A program made the position numbers and the translations under genes. Of a stretch of 64,000 bases of DNA, positions 18,776 to 27,501 are shown piece by piece; the first letter of the stretch is position 1, and every line of letters begins with the position of its first letter. The stretch is from Nitrospira sp. (GTDB lineage: Bacteria > Nitrospirota > Nitrospiria > Nitrospirales > Nitrospiraceae), in the NCBI GenBank assembly GCA_005116895.1, contig SWDO01000020.1, positions 23,791 to 87,790 on the forward strand. The letters are read 5' to 3'. The notes beneath the pieces were generated by a model, which saw nothing but the letters and a program-made list of their open reading frames with translations, made no database searches and was not told the origin of the DNA.

Positions 18776-18795
18776 TCCGCCCGTCGCGCTTTTCC

Positions 18796-19140
18796 TCAGA
18801 CAAGAAACAAGTTCAAGAAGTGATCGTATTCGGCTGGCAAGTTCAAGGCTGAGCAGTTACGGGCCAGGCCGGCAATGATCCCGCGATGCTTCTTCGCAAG
18901 CCCTGATGCATGAAACGCCTGTGCAAACTGCTGCCATTGCAAGATAGGATCGGAAACGATTCGAACTTGCTCCTCCTTCGGTAGAGCATGCACGATGGTG
19001 GTCAGCATCCGAATCGCTTTTTCTACGCTCTCGTAGGGTGGGGCCAATTTAAGATGGGCATAGAACATCTCTAGATGCCGGCGGAACTCCTCCTTCAGAA
19101 TCTGACTGGGGTCGGATACGGTAGGTGTGGCATCTGCCAT
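18796..19140 (-). CDS. Hypothetical protein
   Basis: Helical ORF EEFRRHLEMFYAHLKLAPPYESVEKAI; start 19140 chosen to avoid overlap with the divergent gene. Confidence 0.65.
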   Translation of the reverse strand: MADATPTVSDPSQILKEEFRRHLEMFYAHLKLAPPYESVEKAIRMLTTIVHALPKEEQVRIVSDPILQWQQFAQAFHASGLAKKHRGIIAGLARNCSALNLPAEYDHFLNLFLV

Positions 19141-19201
19141 AGTAATCATATGAATCATACGGTATGAAGAAGGTAGGGAACAACTCTCAATGGAGGTACG
19201 C

Positions 19202-19684
19202 ATGAAACGGATGTTTGGCGGCTTACTCGGTGCGCTCACCCTGGTTCTGCTGGTTGGGTGCTCGTCTCATCACCACCACGGCACGATGGGAGGTGGCAAG
19301 AGTGACGCCTATTGGCAAAAGGGCCAGCAAGATATGGAGGGATTGATCAATCGGACCGTGCAGGATCCCGAAAAGGCGAAGGGTGTGAATGCCTACGTCG
19401 GTGAGATCATCAAGGAGCTCAAGGGGAGCCGTGAGCAGGAACGGGCCTATCACCGACAGCTCTACACCTTGAATACCAGCTATACAGCGACACCCGACGA
19501 ATTTTCGAAAATCGTGAACGAGGCGAACATTCAGCGAGCGCAGAGCTCGGCCCGCGTGCTGAGCCTCCGGTTCAAGATGAAGGACCTGATGACCGCAGAC
19601 GAGTGGAAAACGCTCTCTGACCGCATGGTCTCCTATAGCGGCCGTTATCAACATGGGGACGCAGGCGCAAAAAGCAGTTATTGA
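19202..19684 (+). CDS. Lipoprotein with a His tract, helical (possibly Spy/CpxP-like)
   Basis: SD GGAGG, signal peptide with lipobox LVGC, then SSHHHHG. Confidence 0.75.
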   Translation: MKRMFGGLLGALTLVLLVGCSSHHHHGTMGGGKSDAYWQKGQQDMEGLINRTVQDPEKAKGVNAYVGEIIKELKGSREQERAYHRQLYTLNTSYTATPDEFSKIVNEANIQRAQSSARVLSLRFKMKDLMTADEWKTLSDRMVSYSGRYQHGDAGAKSSY

Positions 19685-20148
19685 CTCGAAACCGGCGCGG
19701 CGGTGAGCGGCACCGCCGTCCACGTCGCGCCGGCATCAGTGGAGCGATAGAGCCCGCTGCCGTTGGTACCGGCATAGAGCATTTGCGGATTCTTCGTACT
19801 CATAGCCAACGCGCGCATATTGAGCGTCGTAATGCCCTGGTTGATCGCCTGCCACGTCTTCCCGCTGTCCGAACTTTTCCAGACCCCTTTCGGCCCACCG
19901 ACATAGAGCTGTGACGGTTCTGTGGGATGGAGCAGAAGGCTGCTGATAAAGGGATCAGGGAGGGATTGTCCAATCCGCTCCCATTGTTCACCTTTATTGA
20001 CCGTGCGAAACAGCCCTTTTGTCGTTCCCGCGTAGACGATAGTAGGATTCGTCTGATCGATTTCAATGGCATTCACGCCCAACGCCATGGACGCCATCAG
20101 CTCGCTCTCGGGAATCAACCCGTTGTTGATCCTTTTCCAGCGGTCCAG
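19678..20148 (-). pseudogene. 5'-truncated BNR/WD40-YVTN beta-propeller gene
   Basis: BNR repeats GLFRTVNKGEQW, GVWKSSDSGKTW, GLYRSTDAGATW; the frame runs upstream through DRWKRINNGL and hits TAG mid-repeat, with no signal peptide. Confidence 0.75.
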
Positions 20149-20857
20149 CTAATGGTTTCGGCTTTATTGATTGTGGTGGGAGCTGGTCTGATAATAGGTG
20201 TCTTGTGACCCGACGATGCGGATTTTCTCTACGACTTGATGCGCTCGACTTAGCCAGTCAACTCGATAGAGAAACAGTTTGGTGTCAGGTACGAGCATTG
20301 ACGACTACTGCAAGAGCAGTGCGAACCAACATAAAAGTGGCTGGCCCTATTCACAGGATTCAGAGAGGAGGCAAGGACGGAGCGATCGACTCTTAAGGTC
20401 TGCAAGATACCCTGTATTCAATCCACAATGATAACTGAACATTTCATGGTCACTGGCTCCCCACACCTCACTCGTGAATCTTTTTTGATCCAGCCCTGGA
20501 TCGATTCCAATTCAGGTCTTTTCATGATCTCCTTCCTAAAACCTCCAATCGATGCGTATGTCGCTCAATATTTAGCATGCTCCTCTCTCTCGCTTCAGGT
20601 ACAGACTTTGCTCAGTACGCATATCACTGCATGATGGGTCATTCAGTGAGTCGCACACGTACTCATCACCATGGAGATGGTCAATGAAACGTCGCCAGCA
20701 AGGCAAGTCTGTCATGTTATGGGTCATGGCAACCTGGTTTCTTACCTCTGTCGGACTGGCATCAGTCGCTGAAGCATGGCAGGCAGATTTGGCGGTGATC
20801 CTCGGGGCGGGGGCTGGCATCAGACCCCCGGTTGTAGCTCACAAGAAGGAGATTCAA

Positions 20858-21466
20858 ATGGATATTGAAGATATGATTTCTGCCGTGCAGAAAAAACTGG
20901 GCGTGCAAGTTGATGGTCGAGCCGGTACAGAGACTTGGGGAGCCATCTATGCCCACATTGTCAAACCAACGATTCATGGAGCGCCTCCCGCCGAGGCGAT
21001 TGAAGCAGTCGACGCACGAAGTGAAAAGAAGATCGCCACGTTACTTCCTGAAGTGCAACCTAATACGCGGGCATTGGTTCAAAAGGCCACACAAAACGGG
21101 ATTCAGATCAAGATCATTAGTGGATTGAGAAGTTATGCTGAACAGGACGAACTATACGCGCAGGGCCGCACAAAGCCTGGTCGGATCGTCACAAAAGTAC
21201 GAGGCGGATACTCCAATCACAACTTTGGTATTGCGTTTGATGTCGGGGTCTTTGAGGGCACAAAGTACCTTAGCGAGTCCGACAAGTATAAGGCTGTCGG
21301 CGCTCTTGGAAAGGACTTGGGGTTTGAATGGGGAGGCAACTGGAAAACCTTCGTCGATCAACCCCACTTCCAACTTCGTCCAACGTGGGCCATGGATATG
21401 ACGGAATCTGAAATGTTGGCAGAGTTCCGAGAGCGCATAGAGGATGGGACCCCCCTGTATGCATAG
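20858..21466 (+). CDS. M15 family Zn peptidase (L-Ala-D-Glu endopeptidase, CwlK-like) with a short peptidoglycan-binding-like N-terminus; alternative in-frame start at 20684
   Basis: VQKKLGVQVDGRAGTETW, SGLRSYAEQDELYAQGRTKPG, SNHNFGIAFD, WGGNWKTFVDQPHFQ; SD AAGGAG. Confidence 0.88.
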   Translation: MDIEDMISAVQKKLGVQVDGRAGTETWGAIYAHIVKPTIHGAPPAEAIEAVDARSEKKIATLLPEVQPNTRALVQKATQNGIQIKIISGLRSYAEQDELYAQGRTKPGRIVTKVRGGYSNHNFGIAFDVGVFEGTKYLSESDKYKAVGALGKDLGFEWGGNWKTFVDQPHFQLRPTWAMDMTESEMLAEFRERIEDGTPLYA

Positions 21467-21476
21467 TCGGTGATGA

Positions 21477-21520
21477 AACCTGCCATGCGCGGTCAAAAGC
21501 CCGATCGCACATGGCAGGTT
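21477..21520. terminator. Long hairpin between convergent genes (candidate terminator)
   Basis: AACCTGCCATGcGCGGTC / GATCGCaCATGGCAGGTT. Confidence 0.55.
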
Positions 21521-21634
21521 CACCCGGTCAAACCAGACAAACTTCCTTTTTTAATGCCTGCTCCCGAGTCACACGAAATTCGGGAACCCGAGACCCGTTA
21601 ACGCATCATTCTCAACACACTCAACGACGGCTCA

Positions 21635-21769
21635 TCACTTTGATTGCTCGTACACCGCCCTCAGATCACTGGCTGGAGGATTCGTACTACTCACCGTCGT
21701 GAGCACGGCATAAACCAACACCGCCGTTCCGACAATAATCCCACCGACATACAACCAGAGCTTATCCAT
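21635..21769 (-). CDS. Small single-TM protein, 44 aa (not in the ORF track)
   Basis: MDKLWLYVGGIIVGTAVLVYAVLTTVSSTNPPASDLRAVYEQSK; perfect SD AAGGAGG 5 nt before the ATG. Confidence 0.7.
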   Translation of the reverse strand: MDKLWLYVGGIIVGTAVLVYAVLTTVSSTNPPASDLRAVYEQSK

Positions 21770-22091
21770 GACATCCTCCTTTAGTTAAAGGTAGTCCGTG
21801 GCACCAGCCCAATTTGTTGGTTAAGGAGGCTCGTGCAAACTTCTCGAGCGGGAGGAACCGACACTTGCAGGTGATTGTCTACGCCAGGCCGGCGCTCACC
21901 CGCCGCGCACGTTGCCTGCCTGTTGGGGAAAATTTTATTGCAGAAGAAGTTCAGGGAAAATTGGGGCAACTCCCGAAGAGATTTTACCGGTGGCAAAAAT
22001 CTACAGGTGATTCTGTTCGATGCGTGAGCACATCTGAACCTTATGGCAACACGTTGAAGCTGCTGAAACCAGAACCCGTGTGCTTCACTCC

Positions 22092-22235
22092 TTACATCTT
22101 GAGGCGTTCAACGTAGCCGGTCAGCTCGACGTAGCCTTAACCTTTTACAGGTTTACCTTGTTTGGTCCCGGTCACCGGCACGGCCCCTTCCCACTAGGAG
22201 ACTTTGGTGCTCTGCGAGGTGTGCCATTCCTGATC
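22092..22235 (-). pseudogene. Degenerate duplicate of the last 48 codons of the AttH-like gene (direct repeat of 22775-22918)
   Basis: Ungapped hand alignment gives about 118/144 nt identity; it reads DQEWHTSQSTKVS*WEGAVPVTGTKQGKPVKG*GYVELTGYVERLKM*. Confidence 0.9.
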
Positions 22236-22250
22236 AACAAGCTGGAGTAG

Positions 22251-22279
22251 TTGACAGCAATGGAAAGCGCCGGTACGGT
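22251..22279 (+). promoter_or_regulatory. sigma70-type promoter of the two-gene cassette
   Basis: TTGACA-N17-TACGGT. Confidence 0.6.
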
Positions 22280-22299
22280 TTGGCAGCATCTGGAGAGGC

Positions 22300-22503
22300 C
22301 TGGGGCGCAACAAGAAGCTGCGAGTTCGGATCGAGAGCCTGCGACAGCGGATCACCGATCATCAGATCAAGATTGCTCTCGAACGTCAACGTACCACTCC
22401 CGACGTAAGCCTGATTCGATATTGGATGGTCGAGATCAAGGCCTGGGAACAGACAGTCGAGCAACTCATGCGGTGGTTGGGGAAAGGGAAACGCCATGAT
22501 TAA
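22300..22503 (+). CDS. Small basic helical protein, 67 aa, with a CTG start (not in the ORF track)
   Basis: (M)GRNKKLRVRIESLRQRITDHQIKIALERQRTTPDVSLIRYWMVEIKAWEQTVEQLMRWLGKGKRHD; SD GGAG; ATGATTAA overlap with the next gene. Confidence 0.65.
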   Translation: MGRNKKLRVRIESLRQRITDHQIKIALERQRTTPDVSLIRYWMVEIKAWEQTVEQLMRWLGKGKRHD

Positions 22504-22768
22504 GAAGCGTGGGCGGACAAAACTTCCTGAGTCTGGGACGCTGGTTGCTCCCTCAAGCACGCTTCTGGAAAACCACTTCGAGGAATTACTGGAGGCGATC
22601 GAAGAAATTCGCGGGCTGACCGCACTCTTGAAAGCGCTCCCTGCATCCAGTGAAAAACGAGACGACTATGAGGGGCGGTTGTATGCTGCCCTGACCCATC
22701 TTGACCACCACGTGAAGCCGGCCAACAAAGAATGGGATCGTGTGGTGGATCAGATGGCTGATAAATAA
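22496..22768 (+). CDS. Small helical protein with an acidic core, 90 aa
   Basis: LLENHFEELLEAIEEIRGLTALLKAL...YEGRLYAALTHLDHH; translationally coupled to the upstream ORF. Confidence 0.7.
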   Translation: MIKKRGRTKLPESGTLVAPSSTLLENHFEELLEAIEEIRGLTALLKALPASSEKRDDYEGRLYAALTHLDHHVKPANKEWDRVVDQMADK

Positions 22769-22774
22769 GCCCCC

Positions 22775-23938
22775 CTACATCTTGAGCCGCTCAGCATAGC
22801 CGGTCAGCTCGACATAGCCTTGGCCTTTCACGGGTCTCCCTTGTTTAGTCCCCGTCACAGCTACCGCCCCTTCCCAATAGGAAACCTTGGTGCTGCGCGA
22901 GGTGCGTAATTCCTGATCCGCGAGCAGCGGCGTGACATCCAGCACAAGGTCGAGTGACGGGAATGTCAGCTTCCATCGGCTGGGATAGGTGGCCTTACTC
23001 TCAGGGCTGGTCCAGGTTGCGATCGATTCGATCTGAAAGTCGGTCACCTCCAGGTGTCGCGTGCGTCCATCCGGCGACACGGCGGTCCCGCTGGAGGCCA
23101 GATCGGACGAGCCATCTTTCCGCCGCATCCGATACAGCATGAGCTCGGTGTCGTCTTCCAACTGGATGCTGAACCAGTCCCATCCGACTTGATCCGTCCC
23201 GAGTTCGGTCGAACCGAATTCATGGTCCATCCAGGTGAGGCCAGTCACCTCGAACTGTTCGCCGTCGATCGTCAGGCTGCCCGTTGTCGCGAGTCTGGTA
23301 AACGAATAGTAGTGCGAGGCTTGACTGACATCTTTCCCTTTTCGGCTGATACCTGCTGCGCCGTGGGTGACGAGAGGCTTGGCCGGTTGGAGTGTGAGGG
23401 CGAGTGAATGGGTGTCGTCATGGGCGACCACGGTATGAGAGCCGGTCGAGTCCGTGGCAGCCTCCGCGCGCCAATCATCGATCCAGACGCGGAGCCGCGA
23501 CTCGTCGGCACCGGCCTTCCCCAACCCCTCCCGGCTAAACTTTTCCGAGAAATGAAATCGCTTCCCGGTGATGTCGGTCACGGCGAAATGGGCTAGATAC
23601 AGGTGGCTAATCGACCATTTGGATGGCAGCGTTTTGATTTCGTCAGGAGGGACACCACGGCGGAAGAAGGTCAATTCAAAGCCAAATGCTCGTCCGTTTT
23701 TCGACCGCAGATGGCCTGTGTAGTACCACCACTCAGTTCGATAGCGAGCATGCGATCCATGGTCTCTGGGAAACTCGTACCGATAGCCGGCAGTCGCCGG
23801 TTGAAAGGGTACGGAAGCCGGACTTGCGGCGAGTGCCATCGACACAGTCACGCTCAGCAAGACAGGGACTACCATGAGGATCCGTCCCCAGTCTGTCACG
23901 CGCTGCCTTGTCTCGTCAGCCAATTGTAAATGGATCAC
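22775..23938 (-). CDS. AttH/CrtC-like lipocalin-domain protein, secreted
   Basis: FPRDHGSH..YRTEWWYYTG, FGFELTFFR, ASHYYSFTRL, WMDHEF, GWDWFS, YWEGAV, GYVELTGY; the start may lie downstream (23899 or 23876). Confidence 0.9.
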   Translation of the reverse strand: MIHLQLADETRQRVTDWGRILMVVPVLLSVTVSMALAASPASVPFQPATAGYRYEFPRDHGSHARYRTEWWYYTGHLRSKNGRAFGFELTFFRRGVPPDEIKTLPSKWSISHLYLAHFAVTDITGKRFHFSEKFSREGLGKAGADESRLRVWIDDWRAEAATDSTGSHTVVAHDDTHSLALTLQPAKPLVTHGAAGISRKGKDVSQASHYYSFTRLATTGSLTIDGEQFEVTGLTWMDHEFGSTELGTDQVGWDWFSIQLEDDTELMLYRMRRKDGSSDLASSGTAVSPDGRTRHLEVTDFQIESIATWTSPESKATYPSRWKLTFPSLDLVLDVTPLLADQELRTSRSTKVSYWEGAVAVTGTKQGRPVKGQGYVELTGYAERLKM

Positions 23939-24053
23939 TTGACCTGAGCCCTCCCGTTGTATCGGTTATACCACGCGTCTAACCCATGAACCAATCGACT
24001 GTCACAGAGCGATGTTTTGTATTTCGCCATGACTCGTCACCGAGCAAACGGCG

Positions 24054-24083
24054 TTGACAATTTTCACACGTGTCAGCTATCGT
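24054..24083 (+). promoter_or_regulatory. sigma70-type promoter, probably giving a leaderless transcript
   Basis: TTGACA-N18-TATCGT, ending 5 nt before ATG 24089. Confidence 0.55.
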
Positions 24084-24088
24084 GAGCC

Positions 24089-24778
24089 ATGCAGGCTGAT
24101 CATGAGCGGGGGCCGTCTGATCGGAGTTCGTCCAAATATGTCGAACCGTTTCCAATTCCCGATCGCCTTCCGGTGTTTCCGTTACCCAATGTCGTCTTTT
24201 TTCCCAGAACGTACCTGCCGCTCCACATTTTTGAACCACGCTATCGCCGGATGATCGCTGATGTGACAATGGGTGGTCAATGTATTGCCATGGCGCTTCT
24301 GAAAGAAGGGTGGGAATCGGACTACCATGGGAATCCGGCAATCTATCCCGCACTCTGCATCGGACGGATCGTGAGTGTGCAACCCTTGCCGGACGGGCGC
24401 TCCAACATCTTGTTGCAAGGGCTCGAACGGTGCGAGATTTCCGAGGAACACTTCGACAAGCCCTATCGCGAAGCGACGATTCAGGTTACGCCCATGTGCT
24501 CCAACGAGGGGCTGGCCAAAGGCGTTCGGCGAGCGCTGGTCGATGTGCTTGGACGGTACCTTCAGGCGAGAGAAGATAGTGCGGCGTGGCAAGGGTTTTT
24601 TCGTGAAGAAGTCAGCGATGAAGTGTTGGTTAATACTCTCTCAACCTATTTGGACTGTACCCCATTGGAAAAACAATTTTTACTGGAAGCGGACGGGCTC
24701 CATCAACGAGCTCGTCGATTGAACGATCTGGTTCAATTCATGCTCCACGAACCTCACGGCATAAAGGGCTTGGACTAA
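24089..24778 (+). CDS. LON peptidase substrate-binding domain protein
   Basis: LPVFPLPNVVFFP, LPLHIFEPRYRRMI, LPDGRSNILLQG, EKQFLLE. Confidence 0.9.
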   Translation: MQADHERGPSDRSSSKYVEPFPIPDRLPVFPLPNVVFFPRTYLPLHIFEPRYRRMIADVTMGGQCIAMALLKEGWESDYHGNPAIYPALCIGRIVSVQPLPDGRSNILLQGLERCEISEEHFDKPYREATIQVTPMCSNEGLAKGVRRALVDVLGRYLQAREDSAAWQGFFREEVSDEVLVNTLSTYLDCTPLEKQFLLEADGLHQRARRLNDLVQFMLHEPHGIKGLD

Positions 24779-25750
24779 ATGGATCGGACCATCGCAATCG
24801 ACGTCAGCCATCTGAGCAAAACCTATGACAGCTATAGGGCTGTCGATGACCTCTCATTCCAGGTCTACGCCGGAGAGATTTTTGGCCTGCTGGGACCGAA
24901 CGGCGCGGGCAAGAGCACCACGCTTCGCACCCTCATCACATTGCTGCACCCGACATCGGGCGCGGCGACGGTCATGGGGTACGATACGGTGCGGGATGCG
25001 GACAAGGTTCGGACCCTCATCGGGTACGTGCCTCAGGAACGCGCGATCGACCGGTTCCTCACCGGACGCGAGCACTTACAATTGCTGGGCGCGCTCTATC
25101 ATCTGACGAAAGAAGAAGCGGCCAAGCGCATCGCTAAACTGCTCACACTGGTCGAACTGGAGGCCCATGCGGACCGGCCGGCCAAGACCTATTCCGGCGG
25201 GATGAAACGCAAGCTCGATATCGCCTGCGGATTGCTGCCTGACCCAAAAGTCTTGTTTCTCGACGAGCCCACGCTCGGCCTCGACGTACAAAGCCGTCTC
25301 CGGATTTGGGAGTACGTTCGAATGCTCAAAGCCCGTGGGATGACGATTGTGATGACGACCAACTACCTGGATGAGGCCGATCAACTCTGCGATCGACTCG
25401 CGATTATCGACGGGGGCAAGATCAAAACGCTAGGCTCGCCGGTCGAGCTCAAAATTGCCCTCGGTGGGGACATTGTGTCCCTGACCTTGAAAGAGACCGA
25501 CCGGATTCATTCGTTAGAGTCCGAGCTCAAAGATCGGCCTGCGATCAAGGCCGTGCGGGCAACCACCAAGGGTTTGGACATCAGAGTGGAATCCCCTGAA
25601 AAAGCATTGCCCACCATTCTAGAATCGGCCAATCGATTAGGTTGTAACATCGAGTTTATTCAATATAACCGTCCACGCTTGGACGATGTGTTCATCGCAC
25701 ATACGGGACGGGCCATCACCGAATCTATCCCGGAATCCGAGACGGCGTAA
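24779..25750 (+). CDS. ABC exporter ATP-binding protein (DrrA-type)
   Basis: GPNGAGKST, YSGGMKRKL, LFLDEPTLGLD. Confidence 0.93.
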   Translation: MDRTIAIDVSHLSKTYDSYRAVDDLSFQVYAGEIFGLLGPNGAGKSTTLRTLITLLHPTSGAATVMGYDTVRDADKVRTLIGYVPQERAIDRFLTGREHLQLLGALYHLTKEEAAKRIAKLLTLVELEAHADRPAKTYSGGMKRKLDIACGLLPDPKVLFLDEPTLGLDVQSRLRIWEYVRMLKARGMTIVMTTNYLDEADQLCDRLAIIDGGKIKTLGSPVELKIALGGDIVSLTLKETDRIHSLESELKDRPAIKAVRATTKGLDIRVESPEKALPTILESANRLGCNIEFIQYNRPRLDDVFIAHTGRAITESIPESETA

Positions 25751-25759
25751 AGGAGTCCT

Positions 25760-26539
25760 GTGGCGCACTATTGGCAAGAAATCAGCGCGTTGACGATGCG
25801 GTGGGTTCGGCGATTGAGCCGGGAAAAATTCAGCATGCTGTTCACCTTGGTGCAGCCGATGCTGTTCTGGCTGATCTTCTTCGGGAACCTGTTTCAACGG
25901 GCCGCAGACACACAGGTCATGCAGGCTCCCAACTACATCAGCTTCCTTGCGGCCGGGGTCGTCGTCATGACGGTCTTGAACAATGGCTTAGCCGGCGGGG
26001 TCGATCTGCTGTTCGACAAGGAAAACGGGTTCCTCGAACGATTGATGTCCACGCCGATCCATCGAACCTCCGTCATCCTGAGCCGATTTATCTTCGTCAT
26101 GGGGATTACGTCGATGCAGGTCCTCGTGATTCTCGGCGTGGCGTACCTCTTTGGTGTTCAACCTGCGACAGGTATTCTTGGCGTGGCGATGATCGTGCTG
26201 ATCGGCATGATGTTCGGGATCGGCCTGACGGCCATCTCCATGGCGATGGCCTTCTCCGTGAAAAGTCACGGTGATTTCTTTTCCGTCTTGGGATTTCTGT
26301 CGCTGCCGATGATTTTCCTCAGTTCCGCGTTGGTGCCGTTGACGGCGATGCCGGGATGGATGAGCTTTCTGGCGCAATTCAACCCGATGACCTGGGCGAT
26401 TGATGCCGTGCGGCCGTTAATTCTGTCCGGCTGGACTGAAGCGTTGCCGCATGTCGGAATGGTGGTCTTGGTCATGCTGGTGTTCGATGCCCTCTGTCTG
26501 TACGGCGGGGCCAAGGCATTCCGTCGTGCCATGGGGTAA
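25760..26539 (+). CDS. ABC-2 type permease
   Basis: About 6 TM helices, DKENGFLERL, FNPMTWAIDAVR. Confidence 0.92.
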   Translation: MAHYWQEISALTMRWVRRLSREKFSMLFTLVQPMLFWLIFFGNLFQRAADTQVMQAPNYISFLAAGVVVMTVLNNGLAGGVDLLFDKENGFLERLMSTPIHRTSVILSRFIFVMGITSMQVLVILGVAYLFGVQPATGILGVAMIVLIGMMFGIGLTAISMAMAFSVKSHGDFFSVLGFLSLPMIFLSSALVPLTAMPGWMSFLAQFNPMTWAIDAVRPLILSGWTEALPHVGMVVLVMLVFDALCLYGGAKAFRRAMG

Positions 26540-26642
26540 CCTCACCCTGAACCATGGATCGCTTGACTGACGACGAAATCCGTCAGATCATAACCTCAAT
26601 GCCCCCACACGTCAGCCTGTGAGCGACGGAGAGTCGTAGGAG

Positions 26643-27500
26643 ATGATGCCGGAGAGTCAAATTCGTGCGCTGATACGCCTCCTGTCCGATGAGGACGACC
26701 GAATTGTCCGTACCATCAGCGGAAGACTCATCGATATCGGCCCATCGGCCGTCCCGCTTCTTCAGGAGGCGGAAATTGAGCAACCGGAAATGGCCGATCG
26801 GATCGCGTCCGTCCTAGAGGAAATCCGAGGAAGCAAGCTGGAGGATGAACTAGCGAGCCTGACAACCCTCACGGACGACGCGATGCGTCTCGAAGCCGGC
26901 GCCTTCCTGATCGCTCGCTATACCTATCCTGCACTCGATGTCGCTCGCTATCGTGAACAGCTCGATACCATGGCAGACGAAGTTCGAGCGCGGATTGGCT
27001 ATCGCGCGTCCGGCGAAGAGGCTGTCAACGCACTCAACCGCTACCTGTTCACCGAACAAGGGTTTAAGGGAAATACTAAAAACTACTATGAAATTGAGAA
27101 CAGCTACATCAACTGCGTCATGGATCGGCGAGTCGGCATCCCCATCAGCTTGTCAGCCGTCTATCTCTTGATCGGACAGCGGTTGGCACTCCCACTGTTT
27201 GGCGTCGGCATGCCGGGGCATTTCTTGGTGAAATACGAGTCCGATCGGTACAAGATTTTCATCGACTGCTTCAACGGTGGAGCCTTGCTCACCGAAAAGA
27301 ACTGCGCTCGTTTTCTGACCGAGGCCGGATACGGGTTTGATGAGAAGTATCTGCAAAAAAGCCCGGTTCAAGCGATTCTGTCCCGCATGATCAAGAACCT
27401 GTTGGCGATCTACTCCAAGTCGGGGGAAGAGGAAAAGACAGCTCGCCTGACCAAGTTCATCGAGATCCTAGGCGGTGCTCCCCGCGAAGAAGGTCTGTAG
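26643..27500 (+). CDS. SirB1/Transglut_core2 family protein
   Basis: GFKGNTKNYY..ENSYIN, RRVGIPISLS, GVGMPGHF, ILSRMIKNL. Confidence 0.88.
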   Translation: MMPESQIRALIRLLSDEDDRIVRTISGRLIDIGPSAVPLLQEAEIEQPEMADRIASVLEEIRGSKLEDELASLTTLTDDAMRLEAGAFLIARYTYPALDVARYREQLDTMADEVRARIGYRASGEEAVNALNRYLFTEQGFKGNTKNYYEIENSYINCVMDRRVGIPISLSAVYLLIGQRLALPLFGVGMPGHFLVKYESDRYKIFIDCFNGGALLTEKNCARFLTEAGYGFDEKYLQKSPVQAILSRMIKNLLAIYSKSGEEEKTARLTKFIEILGGAPREEGL

Positions 27501-27501
27501 G

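Noticed and set aside
20418-20525. 35-aa minus-strand ORF MKRPELESIQGWIKKDSRVRCGEPVTMKCSVIIVD with SD AAGGAG
   Set aside because: It has a good SD but is short with no recognisable motif. It may be a gene remnant and I cannot support it as a CDS.
20684-21769. Prophage lysis cassette
   Set aside because: No integrase, structural or replication genes are nearby, and the lysin-like gene and TM peptide are convergent rather than co-transcribed.
22251-22499. 82-aa ORF in the supplied track
   Set aside because: Its TTG start is the -35 box and its composition looks non-coding. The alternative frame 22300-22503 has an SD, helical character and coupling to the next gene.
26643-27500. SirB1-like gene as the missing transglutaminase of the Anbu operon
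   Set aside because: It belongs to a different family (Transglut_core2), lies about 29 kb away and follows an ABC exporter.
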